A DNA stretch of 64,000 bases from an uncultured bacterium (GCA_963843795.1 CAWJLW010000006.1:2418001-2482000), one strand, 5' to 3'. Counted from the stretch's first letter, positions 10,594 through 21,292 are shown. Notes: generated from the sequence alone by a model not told the origin. Numbers and translations: made by a program.

Positions 10594-10985
10594 AAAATTT
10601 GTAAACGCAAATGCGGAATATAAACAAAGGATAACATCGTGGCAGTGCTGACTCGAATCGGCTTCCATTTCGCACCAGCAACCAGGCAGTTCGGGGTTGT
10701 AATCGAATTAGAATAGCTGAGAATATTCTCAGGTCTGTCCTTTCATATCACTTTTACATCAACCAAATGTTGTGGGAATCCAAACCAAGCGCGAAATCTT
10801 TATTCGCTATGCAGTTTCCCTATTATTTGACTGATGCGATGCGCCCAAAATTTTTCATCAATAGAGCTGGCGGCAAATTTATTGCAAGATATGAAACGAT
10901 TATTGCTGTCAGTTTAAGGTTGCGCCGACTGTGGTAGAACCTATTCGGGTGGCGGGCTTTGACAAGCTGGCCTCGCGGTGGAAAT

Positions 10986-12092
10986 ATGATCGATGATTAC
11001 ATTAGCAACGCCCGCATTCTCATCGTGGACGATGAGCCGATTAACGTTCGTCTGCTGGAGCACATGCTGCATCGTCAAAATTCTTTTCATGTCATCAGCA
11101 CCACAGATTCACGTGAGGCGCTGAGGCTTTTCGAGCGCGAAGCGCCCGACTTGGTTCTGCTCGACATCATGATGCCGCATTTGAACGGTTACGACGTGAT
11201 GCAGCAGTTGCGCAAAGTTATTTCGCCTTCCGATTACTTACCAATTGTAGTTTTGTCTGCGGATGTTTCTCCGGCCACCAAGCAGCGCGCGCTTTCCAGT
11301 GGTGCCAAAGATTTCTTGCAGAAGCCTTTTGAACCCACAGAGTTAATGCTGCGCCTCAATAATTTGCTGGAGTCGCGCTATTTTCACCTTCAGCTACGCG
11401 ATCAAAATCAAAAGTTGGAATATCGGGTCCAAGAACGTACGCGGGAATTGAATCAATCGCAAGTCGAGATTTTGCAGCGCTTGGCGCGTGCCGCCGATTT
11501 TCGCGACGACGACACCGGTCGTCACACTTATCGTGTGGGTCGCACCGCCGCACTGCTTTCGCAGACCATGAATTGGCCTGCCGAGCGCACCACGCTTCTG
11601 GAGCGCACGGCGCCATTGCATGATGTGGGAAAAATTGGGATCAGCGATGATATTTTGCTCAAAGGCGCGCCTTTGAGCGACGAAGAGTTTGACGTAATGA
11701 AAACTCACACCACAATTGGCGGCGCGCTGCTTTCCGGTGGCAACTCGGAACTTTTGAAGATGGCTCAAAATATCGCGCTGACGCATCACGAGCGTTGGAA
11801 TGGCAGAGGCTATCCTTTCAATTTGAGCGGTGAAGAGATTCCGATTGAAGGTCGCATCGTCGCAATTGCTGATGTATTCGACGCGCTCACTCATGAGCGG
11901 CCTTACAAAAAGGCCTGGCCTGTTTCTCAGGCGGTCGAGGAAATTCAGCACCAGAGCGGCCGTCATTTCGATCCCGCTGTTGTCGCCGCGTTTTTAGAGT
12001 TGCCCCACGACTCTTTGTTAGAAGATTTCGCTCCTGGAGATCAAGCGCTCCACGCGCCCAATATTCACGAACTGTTAGCCAACGCCGCTTGA
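10986..12092 (+). CDS. Response regulator with HD-GYP cyclic di-GMP phosphodiesterase domain (RpfG-like)
   Basis: REC domain (ILIVDDE, DLVLLDIMMP, FLQKPF), then LHDVGK and HHERWNGRGYP. Confidence 0.93.
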   Translation: MIDDYISNARILIVDDEPINVRLLEHMLHRQNSFHVISTTDSREALRLFEREAPDLVLLDIMMPHLNGYDVMQQLRKVISPSDYLPIVVLSADVSPATKQRALSSGAKDFLQKPFEPTELMLRLNNLLESRYFHLQLRDQNQKLEYRVQERTRELNQSQVEILQRLARAADFRDDDTGRHTYRVGRTAALLSQTMNWPAERTTLLERTAPLHDVGKIGISDDILLKGAPLSDEEFDVMKTHTTIGGALLSGGNSELLKMAQNIALTHHERWNGRGYPFNLSGEEIPIEGRIVAIADVFDALTHERPYKKAWPVSQAVEEIQHQSGRHFDPAVVAAFLELPHDSLLEDFAPGDQALHAPNIHELLANAA

Positions 12093-12094
12093 AA

Positions 12095-12129
12095 CGTGCT
12101 GCAAGTACTGCGCAGGTACTTGCAGCACG
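12095..12129. terminator. Hairpin with doubled core between convergent genes
   Basis: CGTGCTGCAAGTACTGCGCAGGTACTTGCAGCACG, 2 nt after the stop at 12092. Confidence 0.65.
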
Positions 12130-12152
12130 AATTTGGTTTCAACCGTTGATGC

Positions 12153-14471
12153 TTAGACACTTCCGACAATTTCGTAAAGCTGCCGACAAAATTCGCCGCG
12201 CGTCGAGCTGTTGACTTCAGCCAAATTCGGTTCTGGCTTTTTTAAACGCGCGGCGGCACGCTTCACCCACAGCTTCATCGTCGCCACATCCAAGTTTTCT
12301 GCGGGCGAAAAAACACTGGCATTGTCAATGATTTTTTCGTGCAACAGCGATTGCACCGCGAGATATTCAGGATGATCGCCACGTACATCAGCGAAAGTCG
12401 CATTTCCAATGAATGGCTTTAAATTGGGCTTTTGCATTTGCAACCATTGCCACAACCATTGCGCGGCCTGCGCACGCGTGAGGGTTTCATCGGGCTGTGC
12501 CTGGTAAGTGGGGAAAAAGCCGCGCGCGCCGAACCATTGCAGCGCTTGCCAATCGGGATGTTCGAGCGGCACATCGTTAAAAACGCAAATTACGTGTTGC
12601 TGTTTCAACAGTTCGCGCTGTAATTCCGATTCGCTGATTTGAGAAGGCAAAACTCCGCGCTGCAATGCCAGATGCGCTGCTGTGCCCGCTGTTGTACCCA
12701 GTGACATAAAAACCGGCTCCATGCGCAGCGTGCCGTAGCCGATATGAGTGCACGAAACGCATACGCTGACCAGAACGCCTTCGACGCCGCGCGGCGTCAT
12801 TACGCGATAAGGCACCTGCGAAGGCCGCGTTTGCGTGCCGGGGAGATAGAAAAATCCTTCCAGCAAACCCTCTCGTTCGGGCGAAGTGCCGTGCGAATCA
12901 ATCGGATAATCGGCTACTGCGATGCTATCGGTGTGAAAGTTAGGCCGATACTCGGGGTCGAGCGATTGCGCATCGTTTTGCGTGAACAGATAATCGCCCT
13001 CAATGCGCCGCCCTTCACGCACATAAAGCTGTGTCGGGAAGCGTCCGTTGTCCACAAATTCATCGTAAGCGAAACCCCATTTCAAAGCTTCTTCACGAAA
13101 CGATTCCGGCACTTCACTATCGTGCTGCACAAAGTAAAGCAATCCCAAAACGTGCTCGCGATGCGCTTTGGCAATATTTTCGCGCGCCCACAAATCGGCT
13201 TCGGGATAATTATCACTGCCACCGATAAGATCGCTTGATGGGTTGCCAAGAGGATGATTATTGGCGTCGAACTTGTCTTCGGGAAGGGGCAAAATGCTCA
13301 GCACCTGCTCCATATTTTTGACTCGCCCGCTGGCGATATCTGGCAACAACGTAACATAGCGTTCGCGGTCATAGCGCGTGGGCGCAGGAAACGGCAGCAA
13401 GTTTTCGGGATTGTTCGTCAGGCACAAACGATAATTATAGGCCTGCACTTTACGATCGCCCGCGCCGCTGCCGAAGACCACTTTGCGCGCTACCGGCTCC
13501 CAGAAAAGTTCGCCCGCGTGCTGTTCGCCGAACTCGCCACGACTTTCGCGCCCGATGCGGTAAGCTGCTCCCGCCTGCGCTGCCACATCCCCTTCATAAG
13601 TCGCGTCGATGAAGATTTTGGCTTGCAGGGTTTTGCGAATCATGCGCGGACGGTCGAGAACGTACAGCGCCGTGACACGATTGCCCACTTTCACTACATC
13701 GCGCGGATAATGGTCGAGCAACACTGTGATATTGGGCTGCTCGGCCAACAGTTCCGAGAAAATCCATTTTGCAACGCGCGGCTCGAAATAATAGCCGTTG
13801 CGACTGGCCTTGAGCTGCAGTGAATCAGGGCCATATTTTTTTGTGTAATAAGCGCGCGCGCGGTCGGTGAACTCTTTGAACAAGCCACCCGCCGATTTCA
13901 TCGAACCGAAATCGGTGCGGCTCAAACCGCCGGTCATCATGCCGCCAATCCATGGGCCGGGCGAAATCAGGGCGACTTTATCACCCAGACGCGCGGCGGT
14001 CAGAGCTGCCGCGATTCCACCCGGCGTCGCGCCCACAACTACGATATCAAATTTTTCAGTCGTGCGCGAATCGCTTTCGTTGGGCAACTTCGTGATGTCG
14101 GCCACGCTCGGCGAGCGCGCTTCCGTTTCGCCCCAACGCGCGGCCACATTGTAAAACTGCACGCTGTAAGGCGGCAAATTTTGGTCGCGAAATTCGCGCG
14201 CAGTCGGCGGCAAATCAACGACGAATTCGCCGTTACGGTAAATCCGAAAACCACTAAAATCTGCGCGTCCGCTGGCTTCCCCCGTCATCTGCCATTGCAA
14301 TACCAGAGACGACTTTGAAACTGCGTTCAAGCTCGTGATAAAAGGCGCAACCGGCTCAGTTGGCACTTCGACAGCTTGCATTTCGGCTGGCGTATGGATT
14401 TCCTGAGCGCGAATTTTGGCTGGCGCGACCGACGCGCACAGCACAAGTAAAACGAAGAACAGTTTCTTCAC
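12153..14471 (-). CDS. Secreted FAD-dependent oxidoreductase with N-terminal FN3-like and C-terminal SLH-like domains
   Basis: Signal peptide (KKLFFVLLVLCASVAPA), DIVVVGATPGGIAAA, FIDATYEGD, YVREGRR, GTLRMEP; C-terminal FNDVPLEHP/FADVRGDHP SLH-like motifs. Confidence 0.85.
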   Translation of the reverse strand: MKKLFFVLLVLCASVAPAKIRAQEIHTPAEMQAVEVPTEPVAPFITSLNAVSKSSLVLQWQMTGEASGRADFSGFRIYRNGEFVVDLPPTAREFRDQNLPPYSVQFYNVAARWGETEARSPSVADITKLPNESDSRTTEKFDIVVVGATPGGIAAALTAARLGDKVALISPGPWIGGMMTGGLSRTDFGSMKSAGGLFKEFTDRARAYYTKKYGPDSLQLKASRNGYYFEPRVAKWIFSELLAEQPNITVLLDHYPRDVVKVGNRVTALYVLDRPRMIRKTLQAKIFIDATYEGDVAAQAGAAYRIGRESRGEFGEQHAGELFWEPVARKVVFGSGAGDRKVQAYNYRLCLTNNPENLLPFPAPTRYDRERYVTLLPDIASGRVKNMEQVLSILPLPEDKFDANNHPLGNPSSDLIGGSDNYPEADLWARENIAKAHREHVLGLLYFVQHDSEVPESFREEALKWGFAYDEFVDNGRFPTQLYVREGRRIEGDYLFTQNDAQSLDPEYRPNFHTDSIAVADYPIDSHGTSPEREGLLEGFFYLPGTQTRPSQVPYRVMTPRGVEGVLVSVCVSCTHIGYGTLRMEPVFMSLGTTAGTAAHLALQRGVLPSQISESELQRELLKQQHVICVFNDVPLEHPDWQALQWFGARGFFPTYQAQPDETLTRAQAAQWLWQWLQMQKPNLKPFIGNATFADVRGDHPEYLAVQSLLHEKIIDNASVFSPAENLDVATMKLWVKRAAARLKKPEPNLAEVNSSTRGEFCRQLYEIVGSV

Positions 14472-14557
14472 GATGAATGTCCCATTGAATTTCAACAACA
14501 AAATTCTCTCCTGCAAGTACTTGCAGCAGCGCATTTAAAGGGCAACAATTTTCAAGG

Positions 14558-15526
14558 CTAGAATTTCGGTGCGCTGCTTGTCTTCTGCAATGTCGTCGTG
14601 AAACTTTGCGCGGCTGCCTGTCCGATCCCACTGCCCAATGCTTCACCAAAACTGGCAGCACCATTCTGAAGCGCAACTCCCAAACCGTTGCCTCCAAACA
14701 AACCGCCGCTTTCGATTTCGTCGGCTACAATGTCTCCAGTTAAGCCAGCAGTAGCGCCCGCATCTTGAACCGCGTCATAGAGACCACCTATTTTATCGAC
14801 CAGCATCACGTCGCGCGCCTGCGTGCCGGTGTAAACACGGCCATCGGCCAGCTTCAAAAGCTTTTCGCGCGTCAGTTTTCCACCAGTCGCATTTTTGCGA
14901 CCCGCCACAATATCATCGACGAACTGCTGATAAATCACACCAATCATGCGTTGAAAAAGTGCGCGTTCTTCGGGGGTCAATTTTCGGGATGGATTGCCAG
15001 CGTCCTTAAATTTGCCGCTTTTAATCGTCGCTTCATCCAAACCGACTTTGCGAAACAGTTCCTGATAATTCATGAACTGGGAAATCACGCCAATCGAACC
15101 AGTCATCGTCGCGGGATTGGCGTAAATTTTATCGCAAGCGCTGGCGACATAGTATCCACCCGAGGCCGCCACATCTCCCATCGAAGCGTAAACAGGCTTC
15201 ACTTTGCGCGCACGCATCACGGCAGCATACATTTCCTGCGACGCCGCTGCGGAACCGCCTGGCGAGTTGATGCGAATCACAATCGCTTTAGCGGTAGGGT
15301 CATCGGTCGCTTTTTTTAGATCGCTCATAAAACGGCGCGTGCCCGCGATCGCGCCGCCCAACAAACCCCCGCCACCGCCATCGGCAATCGCGCCCGAAAG
15401 CGAAACCACCGCCACGCGCGAACCGACCATGCCACCAGTTGCGCTCATGGCAACAAGGCCGATAACGAACAAACCTACAAAAGCGGCTAAGACCCAACGC
15501 CACGAGACCCCACGAGATTCTTTCAT
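14558..15526 (-). CDS. sppA: Signal peptide peptidase SppA (short form, S49)
   Basis: IRINSPGGS, VAASGGYYVA, TGSIGV, KSGKFKD, ADGRVYTG. Confidence 0.92.
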   Translation of the reverse strand: MKESRGVSWRWVLAAFVGLFVIGLVAMSATGGMVGSRVAVVSLSGAIADGGGGGLLGGAIAGTRRFMSDLKKATDDPTAKAIVIRINSPGGSAAASQEMYAAVMRARKVKPVYASMGDVAASGGYYVASACDKIYANPATMTGSIGVISQFMNYQELFRKVGLDEATIKSGKFKDAGNPSRKLTPEERALFQRMIGVIYQQFVDDIVAGRKNATGGKLTREKLLKLADGRVYTGTQARDVMLVDKIGGLYDAVQDAGATAGLTGDIVADEIESGGLFGGNGLGVALQNGAASFGEALGSGIGQAAAQSFTTTLQKTSSAPKF

Positions 15527-15748
15527 TTCATTTTTCTCCCTGCCTTGAAGTATGCCGTCGGGAAGCTTGGCGTTCCCAATGATTGCTGATAATCGTGCTG
15601 CAAGTACTCGCAACCAGCTTTGCTGCGTTGTGCAGGCTGCAAGTCAACGATCTCCTGACGACACAAAAGCACTTGGCGCAAAAATATTCAATTTACGGAG
15701 ATAAGAATACCTTGCTGCAAGTACTTGCAGCAGGGCGCATCGATAGAC

Positions 15749-15792
15749 AAACGACAACGCTCCTCGCCAATTGGCAAGGAGCGTTGTCGTTT
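15749..15792 (-). terminator. Intrinsic terminator after the SLH porin gene (no iterated core; a core-centred hairpin follows at 15710-15734)
   Basis: AAACGACAACGCTCCT...AGGAGCGTTGTCGTTT. Confidence 0.75.
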
Positions 15793-15816
15793 TAAGACGT
15801 TTTGTAGCTGGCTGGT

Positions 15817-17760
15817 TTAGAAGCCAACGTTGGCACCAACGCGGACGTACTGCACGCTGTCCGCAGGGCCGTAAATGCCATAGTGGCCATACTTGACTTC
15901 CAGGTCGAGACCCGGAGACACGTTGAAGGTGGAGCCAATTGTGTAAACGGCACCCAAATCCAGCGAGTTGATCTGACCGCCGGGAGCCAACTGGCTGCCG
16001 TAGGCTTTGTAGTAACGGAAGTCGAGCGGCAAGCGACGAATCAAACGCAAGGTGCCAGTGAAGTCAAAGACTTTCTTGGCAGCAGCGTAGGTCGGCACAC
16101 CAGCAACAATGGCACCGCCCGGTCCAAAGGCGCGACCGTTGACCATCGGAGCACCCAACGCCATCGGACGGTCGAACAACGCTTCGGCGTATGTGCGAGC
16201 GAACGGGTTGGCCGAAGACGCTGCGAAATATTCGAAGTCGTTGTCAGCTTTGCCATAAGCGAAGTTGGCATCCAACACGCGAGTGCGCAGCAACGGCACC
16301 GTGATGTTGTATGCATTGGGCTTGCTCGGAGCGCTGTAGTCAGCATAGTTCCGTTGACGCACGTATTCGACACCAATCGTACGGTTGAACAATGGAATCG
16401 TCAAGTCGAGCGAATCGCCCTGCTGATTCTGCACGCCGTCGAACAAACGCGTCACACCAATGCTGACCGGTTGGCCAGCGATGCGGAACAGGTTGAAACC
16501 AATGCGAGCGGCGGCTTCGTTGTCATCCACATACGGCTGCGCGGGAGTGCCAAAGAAACCAACGGCTGCGCCCGAGCTGGTGGCGTTCGGATTGCCATTG
16601 AAGAAAGCGCGGTTCGGGTCACCAGAAACGCCCATGTAACGAACAGCACCGGTGGTCAAATACGGATTGCCACCGCCACCAGTCGCCTGCTGGTTGTTGT
16701 TGGAGCCGATGAAGGCGCTCAACTGCAACGGGCCAAGACCGAAGTCGGCACGCACTTGGTCGGTCGGCGCGAGGTCGTTGTCATACAACAAGCCCTGCGC
16801 GATTTTGGTGGGCTGACGGCCCAAGATGAGGTTCAAGCCCTTAATGCCGATGAACGAACGGTCGCTCAAGTCGGCAACGGCATAAGCTTCACGAACGTAG
16901 ACGTTGGAGCCACTGTCGCCAGCCCATGCATCTTCGTTGGTGCCGCCCAAGGAACGCAATGCGCCGACAACGCTCAAACGATCGGTGACGCGGTCGGTCA
17001 AACGCAATTCAAAGTCGGTGTACGAATACTTCTCGTTCGACAAACGCTCGGACTGCTTAGGAAAGAATCTGAACGGGCTGGAGTTCAGCTGGCTTCCTGG
17101 TACCGTGAACGAACCGTTGCGCACGATATTGCGACCCGGAATGACGGGGCCGCCGCCGGTTTGCGCTGCGGGAATGCCAACCTGCGAGATGTAGGTGGCA
17201 GTGCCGGTGCGATGCAAGAAGGACGGGGTGACCGTCATGCGCGGCGGCTTGGCTACACGATTTTCCAGATCGCCCACGCGAGCTTCCAGAGCGTCGGTGC
17301 GAACACCCAAACGAGCCAACTCGTCCTGGAATTCACGGCGCAGCGAGTTGATCAAGTCATTGACTTCGTCGCGGGTGATGCCATTGTTGTTACCGGCGGT
17401 ACCGGCCGGACCTTGAGCGCCAGCGGGACCGGCGGGGCCTTGAGCACCAGCGGGACCGGCGGGGCCAGCGGGGCCAGCCTGAGCATCGCCAATACGCTCG
17501 AGCAAACGGGCGATAGCGACTGCGAATTCGTAGCGGGTCATCGGCTTGTTGCCGTAGTAGTTGCCGTTGGGCAAGCCTTCGATGATACCGGCTTGGCTCA
17601 ACTTGTTGATGGCCTCATAGGCCCAGTGGCCGCGAGGAACATCGGGATACTCTGCAACTGCGGTCTGCGCGTGCGCAACCGAAGTCAACTGCGGAGCCAC
17701 GATGGCCGGCACTGCCGCAAACAATGCGAGAGCGGAACCGGCTAAAACTTTACGCTTCAT
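15817..17760 (-). CDS. SLH-domain outer-membrane protein (OmpM/SlpA-like: SLH, collagen-like linker, coiled coil, beta-barrel)
   Basis: Signal peptide, YPDVPRGHWAYEAI...MTRYEFAVAIARL, Gly-X-Y run, LRREFQDELARLGVR coiled coil, C-terminal Phe (VGANVGF). Confidence 0.88.
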   Translation of the reverse strand: MKRKVLAGSALALFAAVPAIVAPQLTSVAHAQTAVAEYPDVPRGHWAYEAINKLSQAGIIEGLPNGNYYGNKPMTRYEFAVAIARLLERIGDAQAGPAGPAGPAGAQGPAGPAGAQGPAGTAGNNNGITRDEVNDLINSLRREFQDELARLGVRTDALEARVGDLENRVAKPPRMTVTPSFLHRTGTATYISQVGIPAAQTGGGPVIPGRNIVRNGSFTVPGSQLNSSPFRFFPKQSERLSNEKYSYTDFELRLTDRVTDRLSVVGALRSLGGTNEDAWAGDSGSNVYVREAYAVADLSDRSFIGIKGLNLILGRQPTKIAQGLLYDNDLAPTDQVRADFGLGPLQLSAFIGSNNNQQATGGGGNPYLTTGAVRYMGVSGDPNRAFFNGNPNATSSGAAVGFFGTPAQPYVDDNEAAARIGFNLFRIAGQPVSIGVTRLFDGVQNQQGDSLDLTIPLFNRTIGVEYVRQRNYADYSAPSKPNAYNITVPLLRTRVLDANFAYGKADNDFEYFAASSANPFARTYAEALFDRPMALGAPMVNGRAFGPGGAIVAGVPTYAAAKKVFDFTGTLRLIRRLPLDFRYYKAYGSQLAPGGQINSLDLGAVYTIGSTFNVSPGLDLEVKYGHYGIYGPADSVQYVRVGANVGF

Positions 17761-18453
17761 AAATGGAATCTCCTGTCTGGGCTTTCGCCCCGGGCTTTTC
17801 GCCCTAAACACAAAACGACAATCGGTTCATTTCCCGCTCGACAACAGCGTTCCTATGAACAGCCGCAGTGACAAATTCACTGCGGTCGAGCAACATCGGG
17901 CCAACAAAACTCACTTTCCATAATCGAGAAAACTCGATGATGCGCTGCAAGTACTTGCGGGGTGTTCACCTTTCGATTGCTTTGGGTTTGGATGTTTATC
18001 TTTTCCCGGAGACAAGAGTTTCCACGTTTCCTCTGCTCGTCTGGAATGGTTCACATTTTCAACCTGCCACAACTTGGGGCGACTTTCCAAAAATCAGTGG
18101 CCCACCTCGATTGAAACCTTTGCAAAAACAAATATTTCAAACGCTGATTTTCGTCTCATCATTATATCACGAGAACCTGTTCTGTAAAGGCGTAAAGAAA
18201 AAAATTCTCAGCTTTTTCGACCAAAGCTCACTTTTGAGCGCTTTTACTACGAACTCAAATGTTTGCGCTGCTTGCGAAAATGCCGACCGGCACGCTAGAT
18301 TTTCGCCTTGTTCTTTCGTGATTGCGCGCGTCGACGGCAAATTAAAGTCCAAGTTCTAAATGAAATCCCCAAACACGAAGATTTCTCGTTTTGATTGGTG
18401 GGAACAGTGATAACTTTTGCGTTATCCAAGAAAGCGCATTCACCACCAACGCG

Positions 18454-18487
18454 AAAAGCCTGTTGCAAGTACTTGCAGCAGGCTTTT
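18454..18487. terminator. Core-centred hairpin with A/T tails downstream of the CDS ending at 18500
   Basis: AAAAGCCTGTTGCAAGTACTTGCAGCAGGCTTTT. Confidence 0.75.
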
Positions 18488-18499
18488 ACGACACCCCAA

Positions 18500-21058
18500 T
18501 TAATTGGTGGACGGATTCACTGGAGCAACTTTCTTTTTCACAGTGACTTCGCTAATCAGCAAGTTCTGCTTGGAGCCGAAGGCATTCACCACGAAATCGG
18601 AGCCGTTGACGTTACCGAACGAGGCATCGGGAATTTCAAACTCGTAATTAACCCAGCCGTTACCGCTTTCGACCAATTGCCACGAAGTCGCGCGTGTTCC
18701 GGTCGGACTGTTGTATTCGATTTTGAAACCCGAATTGGCCGCGCCCGGCGTTTTGGCCACGCGCACCGTAACAGTTACGGGAATACCCTTTTCGAAAAAT
18801 AGAAAATCGTCGGAAACATCGAAAAATAGATACGGCTTGCCATCTGCGGGCCGCAAAATACTGGGCGGAATCTGCGCGGTCAAAGCGGCTTCTCCATCAA
18901 CGACGCGGGTTTCGGTCGCCTGTCCACGAAATTCTTGATACTTGCGCCACTGCAAACCGTTTTCGATACCATTGTCACCAAAGGTTGCGCGCGCCACAAT
19001 TTTATCGGTCGAGCGCGGAACGGGTCGCGTGAGCGCCAAATATTGCTCGCCCATTTCTTTCCAGTTATCTTTGGCTTTTTGCACCGTGTCGATAGCGACT
19101 TTGGTAATCCAGACCGGGCTTTGACTCAGTTTCAGTGCGCCATCGCTGCCGCCCAAAGCTTCGCCCATAGAACTCAGCACCGTCGAATCGGCCCGCGTTT
19201 TCAACCACTGCGCGTCCGACACCTGTGGGTCGGATTCGCTATTTAAAGCCAACTGGCCTTTGCCCGAAGGCGACCAGGCCACGACGTGGCCGACATCGCC
19301 ATCATCGAAGGCCAGCGCCACGACATCTGGCCCGGTCGAAAGCGGCCCGACAAATTTGAATTTTGGGTCACCAATCAAACGCGTCAATGTTTGCATCGCC
19401 GCATACGATGGACGCGGCACGTTATCACGGCGTACTAATCCGCTGCCCCATTCGGGATTGATTGGCTCGACGGTTTCATACATGGGCTCGTCGCGCAAGC
19501 GTCCCCAGAAAACTTTATCCGCACCCTGAGCCAATCCCAGCACGGCAGTGCGCAACAGGTAATCGGCCTGCGATTGCGGAGTAAAGGTCTTGGTCAGCGT
19601 GTCGCGGCGTTCCTCACTAACTTTAACGAACTGATCGCCTTCGGGCCGCGCCGCGCCGTTACCTTCCAGTGCCGGCCACCATAAACCACCCAGCCAAATG
19701 TCGCGGCCCAGCAACAGCTGATCTTGATAAGTGCTGAGAGGTAGCACCAATTCTTCTGAGGCCACTGGAATGCCAGGCTGCCACTGCGAAGCGGGATAAA
19801 TTGCCACGCCATCCAAACCACTCAGAGCCATGTCGTTTTTCAATCCGCGTAAAAACGTTAGATTGATGCCACCAGGATCAGCAGCATGAATAATGGCTTT
19901 AGGATCGACGCCGCGCGCGGCCTGAAGCGCTGTTTTGGTTAGCTCTTGATAGAACTTAAACGATGAAGCGCGAAACTTCCACGAAATTGGCTGATCCCAC
20001 ACTTGCCACGCTTGCACGTCCTGACCGAAATGAGCGACTGTGCGCTCGACGTAATTGCCAAACGCAGGTACTTTATCGCTGGCGGGCACATTGAAGCGCC
20101 ATTCCATCGGAATCGTGGAACGGCTTTGGGAAGCCCACTGCGCTGAATCGCCCAGAATGCCGACAACTAATAAATCGCGTTTGCGTGCTTCTTGCACCAC
20201 GGTGTCATACAGCGAAAAATCGAAGCTGCCGGTTGCCGTGGGCTGAATTGTATTCCAATCAAAACGCGTTTGAATCGTATCAACGCCCGCTTGACGCGCT
20301 AAATCGAGCAATGGCCCGACCTGCGCGGCATCTAGGCCGGTAAAATCGACGCCAACGCCAAAATGGCGCGAAGCGTTGAGAGCGGCGCGGTGGTTGGCAA
20401 AGTTTATTGGCGACAAATCGGTCGAGATCAAAACCGTTTTATTGGCATTATCCCATTCGACGCGATAGCCGAAGGTTTCGACTAAAGAACGCAGTGGCAC
20501 ATAAACCGATTGGCCGATGCGTTGAGGCGCGGTCGAAAGTTCCAGCGACTGTGTGCCCACGGACGCGCCTTTTTGGCCGACGCGCAGCACATAAATTTTC
20601 CCGCTCTGTCGCACTTCAATTTTCTGCTCGGCAGCGGTGTAATCAACGCGAGCGCTGAGCTTTTCCAGCACGCCGCGCAACGGCACCAGAACCGAACCGG
20701 CTTTGGTGAGAACCGGTGGCGGCGTGACTTCGGTCGCTTCGCCATTAATTTTGATGCTGACTTTGGTCTTACTCAAAACCACGGGCGGCGTAGCAATTGT
20801 CGCTGTTGGGGTGCTTTGCGCCCACACGCGCGGAGCGCTGCTCAGAGCGAAAGTGGCGCTCATTAGCACGAAACCGCTCAAAAGCGGTTTGCGGCTATAT
20901 TGGATGAAACGATGGGGAAAGGGAGAGGGCGGAACTGTGGTTGGAGAAACAGTGGAGCGACGAAGCGACGGGCTGTTTAATGGGCTGTGATGAAATGGCA
21001 CGATGAAAAACCTTCCTCTGATGGAACTTTTTTGCGGCTTTTTGAGCCAGCATGGCAT
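18500..21058 (-). CDS. Secreted protein: copper-amine-oxidase N-terminal (stalk) domain plus clan GH-A-like TIM barrel; true start uncertain and probably downstream of 21058
   Basis: VLVPLRGVLE / VYVPLRSLVETFGYRVEWD (CAO-N), RFDWNTIQP...FDFSLYDTVV (GH5/GH39/GH42-like). Confidence 0.75.
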   Translation of the reverse strand: MPCWLKKPQKSSIRGRFFIVPFHHSPLNSPSLRRSTVSPTTVPPSPFPHRFIQYSRKPLLSGFVLMSATFALSSAPRVWAQSTPTATIATPPVVLSKTKVSIKINGEATEVTPPPVLTKAGSVLVPLRGVLEKLSARVDYTAAEQKIEVRQSGKIYVLRVGQKGASVGTQSLELSTAPQRIGQSVYVPLRSLVETFGYRVEWDNANKTVLISTDLSPINFANHRAALNASRHFGVGVDFTGLDAAQVGPLLDLARQAGVDTIQTRFDWNTIQPTATGSFDFSLYDTVVQEARKRDLLVVGILGDSAQWASQSRSTIPMEWRFNVPASDKVPAFGNYVERTVAHFGQDVQAWQVWDQPISWKFRASSFKFYQELTKTALQAARGVDPKAIIHAADPGGINLTFLRGLKNDMALSGLDGVAIYPASQWQPGIPVASEELVLPLSTYQDQLLLGRDIWLGGLWWPALEGNGAARPEGDQFVKVSEERRDTLTKTFTPQSQADYLLRTAVLGLAQGADKVFWGRLRDEPMYETVEPINPEWGSGLVRRDNVPRPSYAAMQTLTRLIGDPKFKFVGPLSTGPDVVALAFDDGDVGHVVAWSPSGKGQLALNSESDPQVSDAQWLKTRADSTVLSSMGEALGGSDGALKLSQSPVWITKVAIDTVQKAKDNWKEMGEQYLALTRPVPRSTDKIVARATFGDNGIENGLQWRKYQEFRGQATETRVVDGEAALTAQIPPSILRPADGKPYLFFDVSDDFLFFEKGIPVTVTVRVAKTPGAANSGFKIEYNSPTGTRATSWQLVESGNGWVNYEFEIPDASFGNVNGSDFVVNAFGSKQNLLISEVTVKKKVAPVNPSTN

Positions 21059-21225
21059 TTGCGTTTACCGAATCGGCAACTATGCAAACAAACCGAGCCA
21101 GTCAAAAGTTGCGGACGCCCAAATTCTAATGCGTCTCGAAAACACATTTGAGAGGCAAAAAAGTGTCACCGAAAATAATTGATGCACTTTGCGACGGCCA
21201 AACAATCGCGTGCGTTCGATAGAAA

Positions 21226-21255
21226 TTTTGGGTTGCAAGTACTTGCAACCCAAAA
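21226..21255. repeat. 30-bp perfect palindrome centred on the iterated core
   Basis: TTTTGGGTTGCAAGT|ACTTGCAACCCAAAA. Confidence 0.85.
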
Positions 21256-21292
21256 CCGAAAATTTTGAGGCGAGAAAACTGAGGCACCAAGC

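Noticed and set aside
15883..17745. 620-aa plus-strand ORF
   Set aside because: Antisense shadow of the SLH porin gene, expected from strong codon bias.
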